Shown: in pieces, positions 21,311-33,908 of the stretch
Layout of the letters: each line of letters starts with the position of its first letter
Numbering within the stretch: position 1 is the first letter of the stretch
From: Podarcis melisellensis
Lineage: Eukaryota
Direction: 5' to 3' (one strand)
Length of the DNA stretch: 64,000 nt
Assembly: GCA_964234715.1 (NCBI GenBank)
Contig: OZ174284.1
The notes under the pieces: model-generated
What the model was told of the DNA's origin: nothing
What the model saw: the letters and a program-made list of their open reading frames with translations, nothing else
The model's database searches: none
Position numbers and translations under genes: made by a program

Positions 21311-23584
21311 AGTCCTTCACAAACTTTCTGCAAACAGGATGAGTGCTCATTAAACAACCCACCACTTCCAAAACATAACTTTTGGGCACTCAAAAACCTC
21401 CCTCTCCGGATCTCCATAGGTCTTGTCTCTCTACGATCCATTTCCACTCATCTATGTTTCAGATATTGTCGTTCCCTAAGGCTCTTGGCTGATGGTTGAT
21501 CAAGGGAAGGTGCTTGCTATATTCCTAATAGACATCAATGCTTTTGCTGTGTTATCTGCATGAAGGGGGACCTCACAATGGTTGCGCAGCAATGACTGTT
21601 CACACTAAGGGACAACTTGTGGAAGTCAGAGGCAGTTCTAGCCTGAGACTGGAGAGATGCCGGCAGACTGAACTTTGCTCCTCAGTCATGTATGTAACAA
21701 GGAAAGGGGACTTATATAATAATGCATTGTAGTACCATCAAGAGGAGCAAACAGTGAATCATATAACCAGGCAGCATCACAAGGGACTTGGTTCATCAGA
21801 CAGTTTTATATCCAGCATAGAAAGAGAGATGCAGAGATCTTTGTTTTGTTTTTTTAAAAAGTGAAAACATCCATGTGTCAATCATGTATGCAAAGATATC
21901 TAGTATCTCATCAACCCCAGGGAGGATATTAACGCTGCCGACAACATTAATTTTTGTATTTTTGTATACTGTATCATCTGAAATACAGGGTACATATAAT
22001 CTCACTGTATACAAGTTGTACAAGTGACAATAAAGTATTTCAAAAATATACATATACAATCTGTCATATATTTTGAAATGGTTGCTTGTACTTTTCTCTT
22101 TTTTAAAAAAGTGCTACATGTGACATATTTTTAAAGCACACACTTCTTTCTCTGAAGCATTCTTTTTTGCATTAAAAATAACAGTCGTTAAGTAACTTCT
22201 GAAAGTAAGTCTTATTTTGATTTGGAGAAATATCCACAAGTAAATTTGAAACTGATTCAAGCAAATGTATTTCTTCTTAAAGAAAAAAAGAGGTGTCCAG
22301 TCCTTTGCAAATCTACGACTGTTCAGTCATGTTGCAGTATATCTGGAAATGTTCTAACCACCTGGCTAGCTCAAAGATATGACCTAAGGAATGTGGAACA
22401 GGTCTTCAAGCCGCTGGCCTGTTGTTAAGAATAGTCTTTCTCAAGCTCCATTTGTAGAAGCTCAGTGATAAAACAACTGTTTTATAAGTAGGTGGTCTCA
22501 AATTCAATCCTTGACATCTTCATGTTGGAGATGGTTAAAATAATTAAGAATTCATCTATGCATTATATATGATGGATTGTTGAGCATCATGAAGTTGTTT
22601 TTGTGGTTTTATTGCATTTTTCATGTAATTTCCACAGACCAGTTGGTTTCATTTTTAATTCAATATTGTCTACTATTGTTTTATTTTTCTGCCATTATTT
22701 AATTCATTTTTTCATTTCTTGTTCCTTTTGATTACAAACTGATCACAGTAGAAACCTGCCCTGTATTTTGATGCCTATAGCTTTGAAGCTTTTCAACCAA
22801 GTGGCAAGAAATTTTCTAGTCTTGTACTATGCTCAATATAGGACCATCCACATTTCAGATAGTTTGAAAAAAGGGCCCACATTTAACAAGCAATTCAAAA
22901 ACGGGTGGTATCCTACATACCTTCCATTGTTTTCAAATAGAGGCTCTTACTGTATTCTCCAGCATCCAACTTTGACACTTTCCATCCAAATGACATAGAA
23001 TTTGTGGACTTTCTACTACTCCCATAAAGCATTAGACCTTCCAAGTTTCAGACAGATTGATAAGAGGGTCCCTGTTTTAGATATAATTTAAAAGTGGTGA
23101 CAGATATTCTTTAAGCTACCTATTGTGTTATTCTTCAGATTGGATCATTTTTAAGACTTGTCACTTTCAGAGCACAATACATCAAATTGGATAGTTTTCA
23201 AGTCTTATCACTTTTAGAGTACTCCAAAGTCTCTCTCCTTACAGAACGTTGCCTGAATGTAAGAATATGTATCCATTTGCTAACCAATGTAATGTCAGGT
23301 AACCTGAAGAGGAAAACAAGAGGGAAAGCATTTAAAACTAACCTGAAACCCTGATATGGGTGGAAAAAGAATGCTTTGCTATGGGAGGGAGAACGAAAGG
23401 GAAGGGCATTGGAATATTTTTAATATGCCCCAACACACCTTGTTTTGGGCTCTATTTTGGATCTTGAATGTCAATTGAGACAGTATGTGAGAGAAGTTGG
23501 TGGTGATGGAGTGCTGGGCTCCAACACGCTGCCATAGGGATAGATCCAATCTATCCTCTAGCTCATAGGACACCATCCCAGGGA

Positions 23585-23749
23585 CATAGCTGTCAACCTT
23601 CCCCTTTTTCCAGGGAAATTCCCTTATTCCAGTGCCATTTCCCGCTGCTTCCCACTGCTATCCCGGATTGTTAGATATCCTGTAGACTGTCCCCGGGACA
23701 GGTAAGGCTGCTGATCCCTTATTTTCAAATCTGAAAGTTGACAGCTATC
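23585..23749. mobile_element. hAT-type MITE
   Basis: TIRs catagctgtcaac / gttgacagctatc. Perfect 8-bp TSD cccaggga at 23577-84 and 23750-57. Confidence 0.85.
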
Positions 23750-24016
23750 CCCAGGGACCATATGGTTTCATTCTTAAGGCATCTTGTGCAAATGGTGGAA
23801 TGCCAATCTGCTTTGAAGGGCTTCTTACAAACTCATACCCTCCAATATTTGTCCTATGCAAATAGTGACATTCCATTCCATAATGATAATCTTACTATTT
23901 ATATCCCAGACATTTTATTGGGTTGCCCCAGAACTCTGAACAGCTTCATATATATATACACACACTAAACATTCCTATACAGGATTGCCTTCAGATGGCT
24001 CGGGGTCAGCTAACTC

Positions 24017-24153
24017 CATACTCTCCAACATTTCTCCAATCAAAATTGGGACACCGTAAGAAAAAACAAGATATTCCAGGATCAAATCAGAAACTGGGAT
24101 GGCTTCTCTAAATCATGGACGTCCCTGGAAAATAGGGACACTTGAAGGGTCTG
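24017..24153. mobile_element. Degenerate hAT-like MITE
   Basis: catactctccaa...ttgaagggtctg termini and repeated aaa(t/a)..gggaca subterminal motifs. Confidence 0.45.
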
Positions 24154-24255
24154 CAAATGGATATATCTATCTGCCTATATGCTAACTGGCTATGTCTTCA
24201 ATGGTTTCTCTTTCTCAGTCTGGCAAATAGCCTTTGGGAAATGGTCACTCTAAAG

Positions 24256-24390
24256 CAGGCATAGGCAAACTCCAGCCTCCAGATTTTAGGGACCACAATT
24301 CCCATCATCCCTGACCGCTGGTCCTGTTGGCTAGGGATGATGGGAATTGTAGTCCCAAACATCTGGAGGGCCGGAGTTTGCCTATGCCTG
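24256..24390. mobile_element. Young palindromic hAT-type MITE
   Basis: TIRs caggcataggcaaactcc / ggagtttgcctatgcctg. Perfect TSD ctctaaag at 24248-55 and 24391-98. Confidence 0.92.
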
Positions 24391-25465
24391 CTCTAAAGCT
24401 TTTACCTTGCAACAAGAGTCACGTATCACTGAATGTTTTTATCCTAGTGTGGGGCCATGAGAATTTCTTTCTCAACCAGCTGGACACTGCTGGCAACTGA
24501 GATGAAGATAGAAATGTCCTCTCCCCAATTATTAGATGTTACCACTATGCAATGAATGACAAATGAAATTAATGAATCCCATCTGTTTCAAGAAATTTCA
24601 GTGAATGAGTTCTGGGTGGAGATTTGTTCATTTTTCATTCATTTCATTAGGGTTTTTTTACAAAAAAAAAAGGGGGAAACTGAAACTGAAACAGTCTGGA
24701 ACATCCCGTACAGGTCACAGAAAGCTTAAGGGGAAGGAAGAGAGAGAGATAAAACTGACTTTATAAAACAGGGGTGCTTTGTCCTCGCCATCTGAATTCA
24801 GATGGTCCAGGTGTATAGTAGAATGCTGGAGCAATTGTGCTATTTGGATGGAAAATACAAAAATTACAAGCAAGGGAAAAGTTGCTGGTGTTCCCACTGA
24901 AAGCAATGGGATGTAAATTTGATGAGTACCTTTTAAAATACTTCTATCATTGAGACTCCAAACTGTTTGTAAAATTTAGCAGGTAAGATGCTTGCAGGGG
25001 GACTAACTGAAATCTGAGAAATAATTACATATGGATAGAATACATGGAAGTTACTAGCAGCAGAAGGCTAGCTGGTCCTCCACTAAAATGGATGGAAAAA
25101 TGAAAAACACATTGTTTATTTTTACAGCTATTTATAGCCTACCTTTTGGATACAGTACACCAAAGTTGGCTTACCATCTTAGAAGCACAATACATATTTA
25201 AAACAGATGTATTAGTCGTCAGCTAGAAACGCTGATAAAACAGGTAAAACAATATAAATCTCAGTCAAGGCTTTTAAAAAAAGTTATTAATTCTAAGGTA
25301 GCTCTCTAACAAAAGGAAATTCTCATTTAAATGCCTTGGTGACAAGAAAGTGACATTAAATAAAAGGTTTTTGAAGACCTACTTTAAAGTTTTCAGTATC
25401 TATTTATTTATCTATAATTTCAACAATTTATATGCTGTAGCAGCTCAGTCTCTAAGCAGAATGCT

Positions 25466-25815
25466 AAAGTAAAGGGACCCCGGACCATTAGGTCCAGTCG
25501 TGACCGACTCTGGGGTTGCAGCGCTCATCTCGCTTTATTGGCCGAGGGAGCCAGCGTATAGCTTCCGGGTCATGTGGCCAGCATGACTAAACTGCTTCTG
25601 GTGTAGCAGAGCAACGCATGGAAACGCTGTTTACCTTCCCGCCAGAGCGCTACCTATTTATCTACTTGCACTTTGACTTGCTTTCAAACTGCTAGGTGGG
25701 CAGGAGCAGGGATCGAGCAACGGGAGCTCACCCCATCATGGGGATTCGGACCACTGACCTTCTGATCAGCAAGTCCTAGGCTCTGTGGTTTAACCCACAG
25801 TGCCACCTGCGTCCC
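25466..25815 (-). mobile_element. Sauria SINE, full length
   Basis: Matches the other copies. Perfect 12-bp TSD aagcagaatgct at 25454-65 and 25816-27. Confidence 0.94.
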
Positions 25816-26144
25816 AAGCAGAATGCTGCTCCCTCACTTAAGTGGGGGTAGCTTTGCTACATGCCATCTCCCCCTCGAAGAAAACTTGGGTTGGTTTTTC
25901 CCATGGGAGGAGCTGGGGGGCTCAATCATTCAGATCTTGTCAAATGGGATTTGCTAGCTGCCTGAGTAGGAATTTTGGAGGAATCCCCTAATTGGCCTTG
26001 GGGCTGTCAGCGTTTGGCCAAATCCTTACTGTTGGAAGCTTTATTTGGAGTGGTGCTTGTTTGGTTCAACTGATTTTTTGTCAAAGCAGGTAACAGAATG
26101 TTAAGATCTCACAGGGTAAATACCTGAGGCAGTATTGGTTTAAG

Positions 26145-26279
26145 CAGTGCTTTTTCTGGGGGGCACACATACCCCTAAACATTTTGTGAATCTAAGATTG
26201 GCCTCACTGAGGGGCAGTATTTCAATATGAGTAGGAAAATGAGAGTACCCCTAAAAATATGTTTTAGAAAACAGCTCTG
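26145..26279. mobile_element. hAT-type MITE
   Basis: TIRs cagtgctttttttct-like / agaaaacagctctg. Perfect 8-bp TSD ggtttaag at 26137-44 and 26280-87. Confidence 0.8.
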
Positions 26280-26867
26280 GGTTTAAGGGTACTCTTAGGT
26301 CACCCAATGCCTTATTGGCTTCAGGGGCCCTGGGCAGGGGCTTTCGACTTGCACCAGGGTGAATGCCAAACTTGCACCAGGGTGAATGTCATTGTACACT
26401 TGTCAGCATCACATACCAAAGGTCCAAAAGAGGCAACTGGCCAATTTCCTGGACACAGGGACCACACAGGGTTCAAACTTTGAGTGTTGAAGCAATACAC
26501 ACCTTAATGGAAAGGGAATTTCATCTTCAGGGGCCATCACAAACAAGGCCTTACCTCTTGTGCCTGCCAATTGAGTTGACTTTATAGGCCACATGAGGAG
26601 CTAGGTCTCTGATGCAGAGCTCAATGAAACAATGGAAACAATAAAACAAATACAATGCAAATGAATATCAACTGAAACAAATGAAACTTTTATAAAAAAA
26701 ACATAAATAGAAAAGTAAAACCATTTCCCTAAAAATTACACTCTCTTAATTACTACTGCTGCTGGTCCAGATCCTACTTTTTATTTATTTAGAGGTGTTG
26801 GCAGGAACAAATAGGCATCTATTAGCATTTTTAGGTTTGTAATAGACCTAGGTTTTTAGGTTTGTAA

Positions 26868-27823
26868 TAGAACTGGATATGGAACAACTGATTGGTTCAA
26901 AATTGGGAAAGGAGTACTGCAAGGCTGTATATTGTCTCCCTGCTTATTTAACTTATATGCAGAATTCATCATGCAAAAGGCTGGGCTGGATGAATCCCAA
27001 GCCGGAATTAAGATTGCCGGAAGAAACATCAACAACCTCAGATATGCAGATGACACAACCTTGATGGCAGAAAGTGAGGAGGAATTAAAGAACCTTTTAA
27101 TGAGGGTGAAAGAGGAGAGTGCAAAATATGGTCTGAAGCTCAACATCAAAAAAAAGATGATCATGGCCACTTGGCCCATCACCTCCTGGCAAATAGAAGG
27201 GGAAGAAATGGAGGCAGTGAAAGATTTTACTTTCTTGGGCTCCATAGTCACTGCAGATGGTGACAGCAGTCACGAAATTAAAAGACGCCTGCTTCTTGGG
27301 AGAAAGGTGATTACAAACCTAGATAGCATCTTAAAAAGCCGAGACATCACCTTGCCAACAAAGGTCCGTATAGTTAAAGCCATGGTTTTCCCAGTAGTGA
27401 TGTATGGAAGTGAGAGCTGGACCATAAAGAAGGCTGATCGCCGAAGAATTGATGCTTTTGAATTATGGTGCTGGAGGAGACTCTTGAGAGTCCCATGGAC
27501 TGCAAGAAGATCAAACACATACATTCTTAAGGAAATTAGCCCTGAATGCTCACTGGAAGGACAGATCGTGAAGCTGAGGCTCCAATACTTTGGCCACCTC
27601 ATGAGAAGAGAAGACTCCCTGGAAAAGACCCTGATGTTGGGAAAGATGGAGGGCACAATGAGAAGGGGACAACAGAGGATGAGATGGTTGGACAGTGTTC
27701 TCAAAGCTACAAACATGAGTCTGACCAAACTGCGGGAGGCAGTGGAAGACAGAAGTGCCTGGCGTGCTCTGGTCCATGGGGTCACGAAGAGTCGGACACG
27801 ACTAAACGACTAAACAACAACAA
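26868..27823 (+). mobile_element. BovB (RTE) LINE, 5'-truncated
   Basis: RT C-terminal half (GCILSP, NLRYADD, LRLQYFGH, HGVTKSRTRLND) and a (CAA)n tail. Closely parallels 36047-37006. Confidence 0.96.
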
Positions 27824-28823
27824 ATCATTCATCATTAAGCTGTGTCACTCTTTTATGGTATTGTTGTGTGTGACTATTTAGCTATAGACTTACAAAGGAC
27901 AGGAAAATGCTCTGTACAGTATACCAGTTGCTTGACCAACTCACAGTGAAATCAGTCCCAGTAAGGGTGGATCTCCATATTTGATGCGAATAAGTCACGA
28001 TTCTGAAATAGCAGCTTATTTTCTGAAAGTCAAATTAAAGTTTAGGGACTGAGGTTTTATTTTTTTTGGCCGGCTAGATTTTTCTTTAAAATAGCCCAAA
28101 CTGGTAATCTTTAATATCATGCTTGGCAGAAGATGTATGGTGCACACAGCTGCTATGGCATAAAAAGAGAGAAAAGAATCTACTTATTCACTCAGTACAG
28201 TAACCGAGTAAAAGGCTATGACAAAATGATGGAATATTCTTTCTCTATATGTTACATGGATAGATTAGCAATCGATACAATGAATGGAGAAATCATTACC
28301 CAAAGGAAAGAACCAGAACATAGGATCTATCAAACATAATTACGATAAAGTGAGAAAAAGAATTAAGAGCCCCCATAAGATATAGCTATCCATCTAAATT
28401 GTTCAGTGAAATGTGGGTAGTCTCTGTTAGAGATGACAATGGAAATGAGGCAATAAATCCAATCTGATTACTCAAATGTAGTACATAAATTTCATTGTAC
28501 GGTAGATGATATTAACATGGATATCCAGGACCCTGTGGCAGACTTTCAAATGTAACAAGCATGAAGCTGAGTGATGGCTTGGTAAGCATTACTGCTTAAG
28601 AAAACACACTTTTCTATGCTAATGGCCTAGTTGACTGTACATTATATTGGGCTAATAAACTGTCCCTAAGTATCCTGTTCCAGACCAATTTTGTTAAGAA
28701 ACCACTTAAGAAAGCAGAGTAAATTACAGAAAAGGAAATGCATGTTTTTAATACCAACATGCCTCACTGGGAAGAACAAAATGCTACGATCATGACTTCT
28801 TCTATATCTCTGGGAGAGCTTTT

Positions 28824-28893
28824 ATTGTTTGTGTGTTTGTTTGTTTGTTTGTTTGCTTGCTTGTTTGTGTGTGTGTGTGTGTGCGCGCGCGTG
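28824..28893. repeat. (TTTG)n / (TG)n / (CG)n compound microsatellite
   Basis: Read directly. Confidence 0.85.
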
Positions 28894-29299
28894 CACGCTT
28901 TCATACCTGCACACTCACAATTATCTCCCACACAAATCAGAGTAGTACATACTCCCACCTGGCTACCATTTGTTATACCTTAATCTACATCTTGCTCAAA
29001 TCTTAAATGAGCATGTAAGTGGGGAGCAGGCTGGTCCCATGACTGACGTCACACACAACTGTATCTGCCACTGATGTTCACACATTCAGAATGAACATCT
29101 GCCACAAGGAAGTCTTTTTGTCATCAACAAATTGTTGCTGTTTTTTGCGTTGAATATATGCTCATACCCTTAGTCTATGCTGCCTGATCATCAGTCTACA
29201 AGCACTATTAGATAACAGGTACAATAGCTTGACCTACATTCAACTCTGCTACGTCTGCAGCTGCTTGCTACATGTTGCCATGCAACCAATCCATGCAGA

Positions 29300-29544
29300 A
29301 TGTAGGCACCCTATATATAGAAATGAGCAAACCAGAGATATTTTAGGGAGGAGGCTAGCAGGCGGGGCCCATTACTTACGTTATAGGAACCTACACAATA
29401 GAAAACACTATTGCTGTATGCAAGTTTAATTTTATTTGTTTTTTAATCTTATATTTTGGAAATGTACATCCAGTTTTTTTCTTTAATTTTTCTGGGGGGC
29501 CCAACAGAGTGGGGCCCTAAGCTATAGCTTGTTTAGCTTATATA

Positions 29545-29594
<50 letters not shown>

Positions 29595-30994
29595 TTTTTA
29601 TTTATATCCCACCCTCCCCAGCCGAAGCCGGGCTCAGGGAGGCTAACAACACTAAAATAGTGCAACATTCTAAAAACATTATAAACATTAATTAAAATCA
29701 AAATTGATGGCAACCATAAACTAAAGTTCTGTAAAGATTGCCAAAGGAGGGAGTCAGGCTGCGCCCTGACCAAAGGCCTGGTGGAACAGCTCTGTCTTGC
29801 AGGCCCTGCGGAAAGATGTCAAGTCCTGCAGGGCCCTTGTCTCTTGTGACAGAGCATTCCACCAGGTTGGAGCCGCAGCCGAGAAAGCCCTGGCTCTAGT
29901 TGAGGCCAGCCTAACCTCTCTGTGGCCTGGGATGTTTTTATTTGAAGAACGTAAGTTCCTCTGTGGGGCATACCAGGAGATGTGGTCCCGTAGGTACGAG
30001 GGTCCTATGCTGTATAGGGCTTTGAAGGTTAAAACCAGCACCTTAAACCTGATCCTGTACTCCACCGGGAGCCAGTGCAGCTGGTATAGCACCGGATGAA
30101 TGTGATCTCGCAGAGAAGACCCCATAAGGAGTCTCGCCGCGGCATTCTGCACCTGCTGGAGTTTCTGGGTCAGTCTCAAGGGCAGCCCCACGTAGAGCGA
30201 GTTACAATAATCCAGTCTGGATCACAGTGGCTAGGTCAGGGCGAGAGAGGTAAGGAGCCAACTGCTTAGCTTGGCAGAGATGAAAAAATGCCGCCTTTGT
30301 TATAGCTGCAATCTGCGCCTCCATGGAGAGGGAGGTATCGAAGATTACACCCAAACTCTTAACGGACGATGCTGGCACTAATTGCATCCCTGCAAGAGAT
30401 GGGAGTTGCCCCCTCAATCCCATATCGTCCCGTCCCAGCCAGAGGACCTCTGTCTTCGAAGGATTTAGCTTCAACCGGCTCCCACGTAACCATCCAGCCA
30501 CAGCTTCCAAACATCTGGTCAGTGTATCTGGGGCCGAGTCAGGATGGTCATCCATCAACAGATAGAGTTGGGTGTCATCAGCATACTGATGGCAGCCCAG
30601 CCCAAAACTCCGGACAAGCTGGGCAAGGGGGCGCATAAAGATGTTAAAAAGCATTGGGGAGAGTATCGCACCCTGAGGCACTACACACACCAAGGAGTGG
30701 CGCGATGACAATCCCCCCCCAAGCGCCACCCTCTGTCCCCGACCAGAGAGAAACGAGCACAGCCATTGAAGGACTGTGCCCTGGATCCCCACCTCGGCAA
30801 GGCGGTGGTCCAGGAGTTCGTGATTGACCATGTCGAAAGCTGCTGACAGGTCTAGAAGAAGCAGCAGCCCCGACCCGCCTCGATTCAGCTGCCTGCAGAG
30901 ATCATCTGTTAGGGCGACCAGAGCCGTCTCGGTCCCATGACCAGCGCGGAAGCCGGACTGGAATGGATCCAGAGCCGATGTAAATCCGGCACTG
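29300..30994. mobile_element. hAT-like MITE split by an L2 insertion (pieces ~29300-29543 and 30980-30994)
   Basis: Removing the L2 rejoins gcttgtttagcttatat|gtaaatccggcactg, whose reverse complement CAGTGCCGGATTTAC looks like a hAT TIR. Confidence 0.5.
29544..30979 (-). mobile_element. L2 LINE, 5'-truncated, with RT domain
   Basis: LDPFQSGFR..HGTETAL, LDLSAAFD, VPQGAILSP, HQYADDTQLY and LHWLPVEYRIRFKVL. The 3'UTR ends in an (ATT)n tail at 29544-29593. There is a frameshifting deletion near 30218. Confidence 0.94.
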
Positions 30995-31403
30995 CCTTTG
31001 GCCCCTTCTCAGACTGAAGTGCTGAGCAGCTGGTAGAAAAATGACCAGGGCTTCCATTACTATTTCTGACAGGGATTCAAGCGTGTTTAATTTGAGTCAC
31101 CAGTGGAAAAAGGGTTTTTTTTTACCAGGCTCTGGGAGCAATCCATCTCCTCCTCAGCCTTCATCTATCCCAAGCTTTTTTTCCCACGAGGCAGGGCAAG
31201 AGGAATGTGGTGACAGCAGCAGGGACCTTCTGGGAACTGTTGTGGGTTCTGTGCATTGGCCTGGGTGAATCTGTGTGAGCTTGTGCCTCTCTCTGTGTGT
31301 ATAATTCTTTGAATATTTCAGCATCTCCTCTGATCAGAAAAACATAGTTTAATATTCACCAGGAAGGACTAGATATCAAATTGATGAGTCTAGGGAAAGA
31401 CAC

Positions 31404-31588
31404 TAGTGGAGGAAGAAGAGTGCAGGGGGAACACAGCAGCGTGATCCCAATGGGGTGCCATCATGGCTCCCCCCCCCACGCTGGGTGCCACACCCCTGCA
31501 GGCGGTGTGTCACGCCCCTGGGACACGCACCAGCCCCGCCCCCACCTGCTCTCCGCCCCCTGGTGCCGGAGCATGAAGCTTTGCCACT
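31404..31588. mobile_element. GC-rich MITE remnant
   Basis: tagtggagga...tttgccactg termini and a GC/CpG-rich island in AT-rich surroundings. Confidence 0.4.
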
Positions 31589-32186
31589 GGGGACAGAGAA
31601 AAAGGCTAGAAGGAACTCAAACAAGAAAGGCTCAGTTCTTCTTCTTTGACTGAACTTTGAGTCAAATGGCATAATCTCTGAGAATAGAGTTTGGTGCAAG
31701 AATATGGAAGTGCCTGCACACAGAAGATATTTCTGCAGGTCTTAGCTTCTGTTTGGAGAGAGGAAGAGTTTTATCTGCTTCTGTTTCTTTTTTTACTTCA
31801 ACTCCAAAGAATCAGACTTTCAAGATTGGGTAGGATATTTTGTAAAACCACTTTTTATCTCTTGTTGCAGTTATGCAAGCTCTGTGCATAAGCTCTTGAT
31901 GGGCAAGAGGTATTAAGATAAGTCACTGTGAAACTGGCTTAGAAATTGTCTACCAAATGCAATCCTTGCCACGTGATGCACTCTGAAATATTCTCGTGCA
32001 TTTCCCATGGAGAAAGTTGCAAAGATTCCTAAGTTGATAGCTATTAAGAAGGCTAAATGAATCACGGAGATTCAAAAATCTAAAGAAATTATTCTAATGT
32101 AAATATAATATGCATTTTCTGTATAGTAAAATAAAAAAAAATGCAGATTGCAGAATGAGGGAAACATGGACGCTGATTATTATATA

Positions 32187-32540
32187 CCTTTCAACTGCCC
32201 CAGAAAAACTGGGACATCTGACTTTTTCCCCATGAGAGCACAGCGGCCATTTTGGGCACCTTGCTCTCACACAATTTTGAGCTGATATTTCACCTTAAAG
32301 GTGTTTTTTCAGGTCCACGATCTTGCACAGCACTCCAAAACATGTGTTTTGGGGCTCTGTGCCCTTAAAAGTGCCATTTTGGGGTTGTGATCTCAGATGG
32401 CGCCACAAAACACATGTTTTGAGGTGCTGTGCGCAAAAATAGCTTTTTCTGGGTTCGTTATGTTCCGCAGATCATGTGACGCGTGGGATTTTGGACCTGG
32501 AAGATGGTGTCCCAGATTTGGTCCAAATTGCATTTGAGGG
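32187..32540. mobile_element. Palindromic MITE flanked by TATA
   Basis: Termini cctttcaactgc / gcatttgaggg, subterminal ctgggaca / tgtcccag, inner arms gcacagcactccaaaacatgtgtttt / aaaacacatgttttgaggtgctgtgc. Confidence 0.6.
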
Positions 32541-33426
32541 TATATTAGTGAGATCAAGGGTAGTCATGTAGTGGCCCCCAGATCCGACTAGTCACTCAGA
32601 TTTGAACTGCTGGAAACTGCAGTTCAACAACAAGTGTAAGTAGTGGTGGCTTTGGGGGTTGGTAAACTGTGCAACTGGCAACTGCCCCCCACCAAATAAA
32701 ACCTTATACCAAATTCTGCCTGCCTTTGTTACAGTGTAAATCTCAGCCTGCTTTGTCAGAAGCACTGCAGGCATTCACCATACAAAAACACAGGAAGATT
32801 CCCCTACACTGAAGTCAAACCTATCCACATTGGTAGTGGATATCAGCAGAGTGTGTGTAAGAATCACAGAGCTTGAGTACATGAAGAATCAGATGACCCC
32901 ACTCTGAATCCAAAACACAGTTTTCTTTAATGGTGAATGAAATAGTTGTTCACCTAGATTTCAGCAAATGGTGCAGTTTAAGGACAAGTATGGATTTATA
33001 TTTGATGATAAATCTTTGGCTAAAATAGGAGAGGATGACTTTGAAAAGGGCTAAAATGGTATAGTTGGAGCAGACTTTTATCAATCTGCATTAAATAAGT
33101 CTCTTGTTGACTCTCCCACTTATTTTCCCAATATTGCAATCTGCAAACCAGTTAATCTAGGATTTATCCTATTCATTTTAATGGGATTAGTAAATGGTCT
33201 GAGGCTACAACAGTAATCTACTAACAATGCAAGTAACCAATGTACTTTGCTCTACTCCAGTGTATATTTATTATTCAATTTTCCCTTTTTATATTGCATA
33301 GTTAGCTCAAAGATGTAAGAATAACTCCAATATTACACTTTATTTGAATCCTGAAAATGATTTGGTTTCTATGAGTTTAGTTGATGCATTCATTAACAGC
33401 ATGACTTGGTAAGACAGAAGTGACTG

Positions 33427-33646
33427 CAGTGGTACCTTGGGTTAAGAACTTAATTCATTCTGGATGTCTGTTCTTAAACTGAAACAGTTCTTAAGCACCA
33501 CTTTAACTAATGGGGCCTCTCGCTGCTGCCATGCCACCACCATACAATTTCTGTTCTCATCCTGAAGCAAAGTTCTTAACCCAAGGTACTATTTCTGGAT
33601 TATCAGAGTCTGTAACCTGAAGCATCTGTAACCTGAGGTACCACTG
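33427..33646 (-). mobile_element. Tc1/mariner (Tigger-like) MITE, more diverged copy
   Basis: cagtggtacct / aggtaccactg TIRs. Same body as 11079-11320. Confidence 0.85.
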
Positions 33647-33780
33647 TACTGATCTGTGAAGAGTTGATCTTTTAACATCAGGAAGGTAGCCATACCATAC
33701 TATTTTGGATGTCTGCTAAAACCATTTTTATTTCAACAAGCCTACCAGATGCATTATTTAGCTATGTATATATGTTTCTA

Positions 33781-33908
33781 CCCCTTCATGGATCACTGCC
33801 TTGCTGTGGCGAAGGGGCTTGAAGAACTCAGAGAAGCTATGAACTATGCCGAGCAGGGCACCCAAGATGAACAGGTCATAGTGGAGAGTTTTGACCAAAC
33901 GTGATCCA
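33781..33908 (+). ncRNA. Candidate HDV-like ribozyme at the BovB 5' end
   Basis: Manual pairing: P1 33781-87/33811-17, P2 33789-96/33901-08, P3 33798-800/33808-10, 7-nt L3, P4 33823-29/33886-92, and J4/2 containing CAAA. Confidence 0.5.

Noticed and set aside
25436-26111. Possible solo LTR (TGTAG...TCACA) hosting a Sauria SINE
   Set aside because: No TSD and no second copy in the window, so it cannot be supported.
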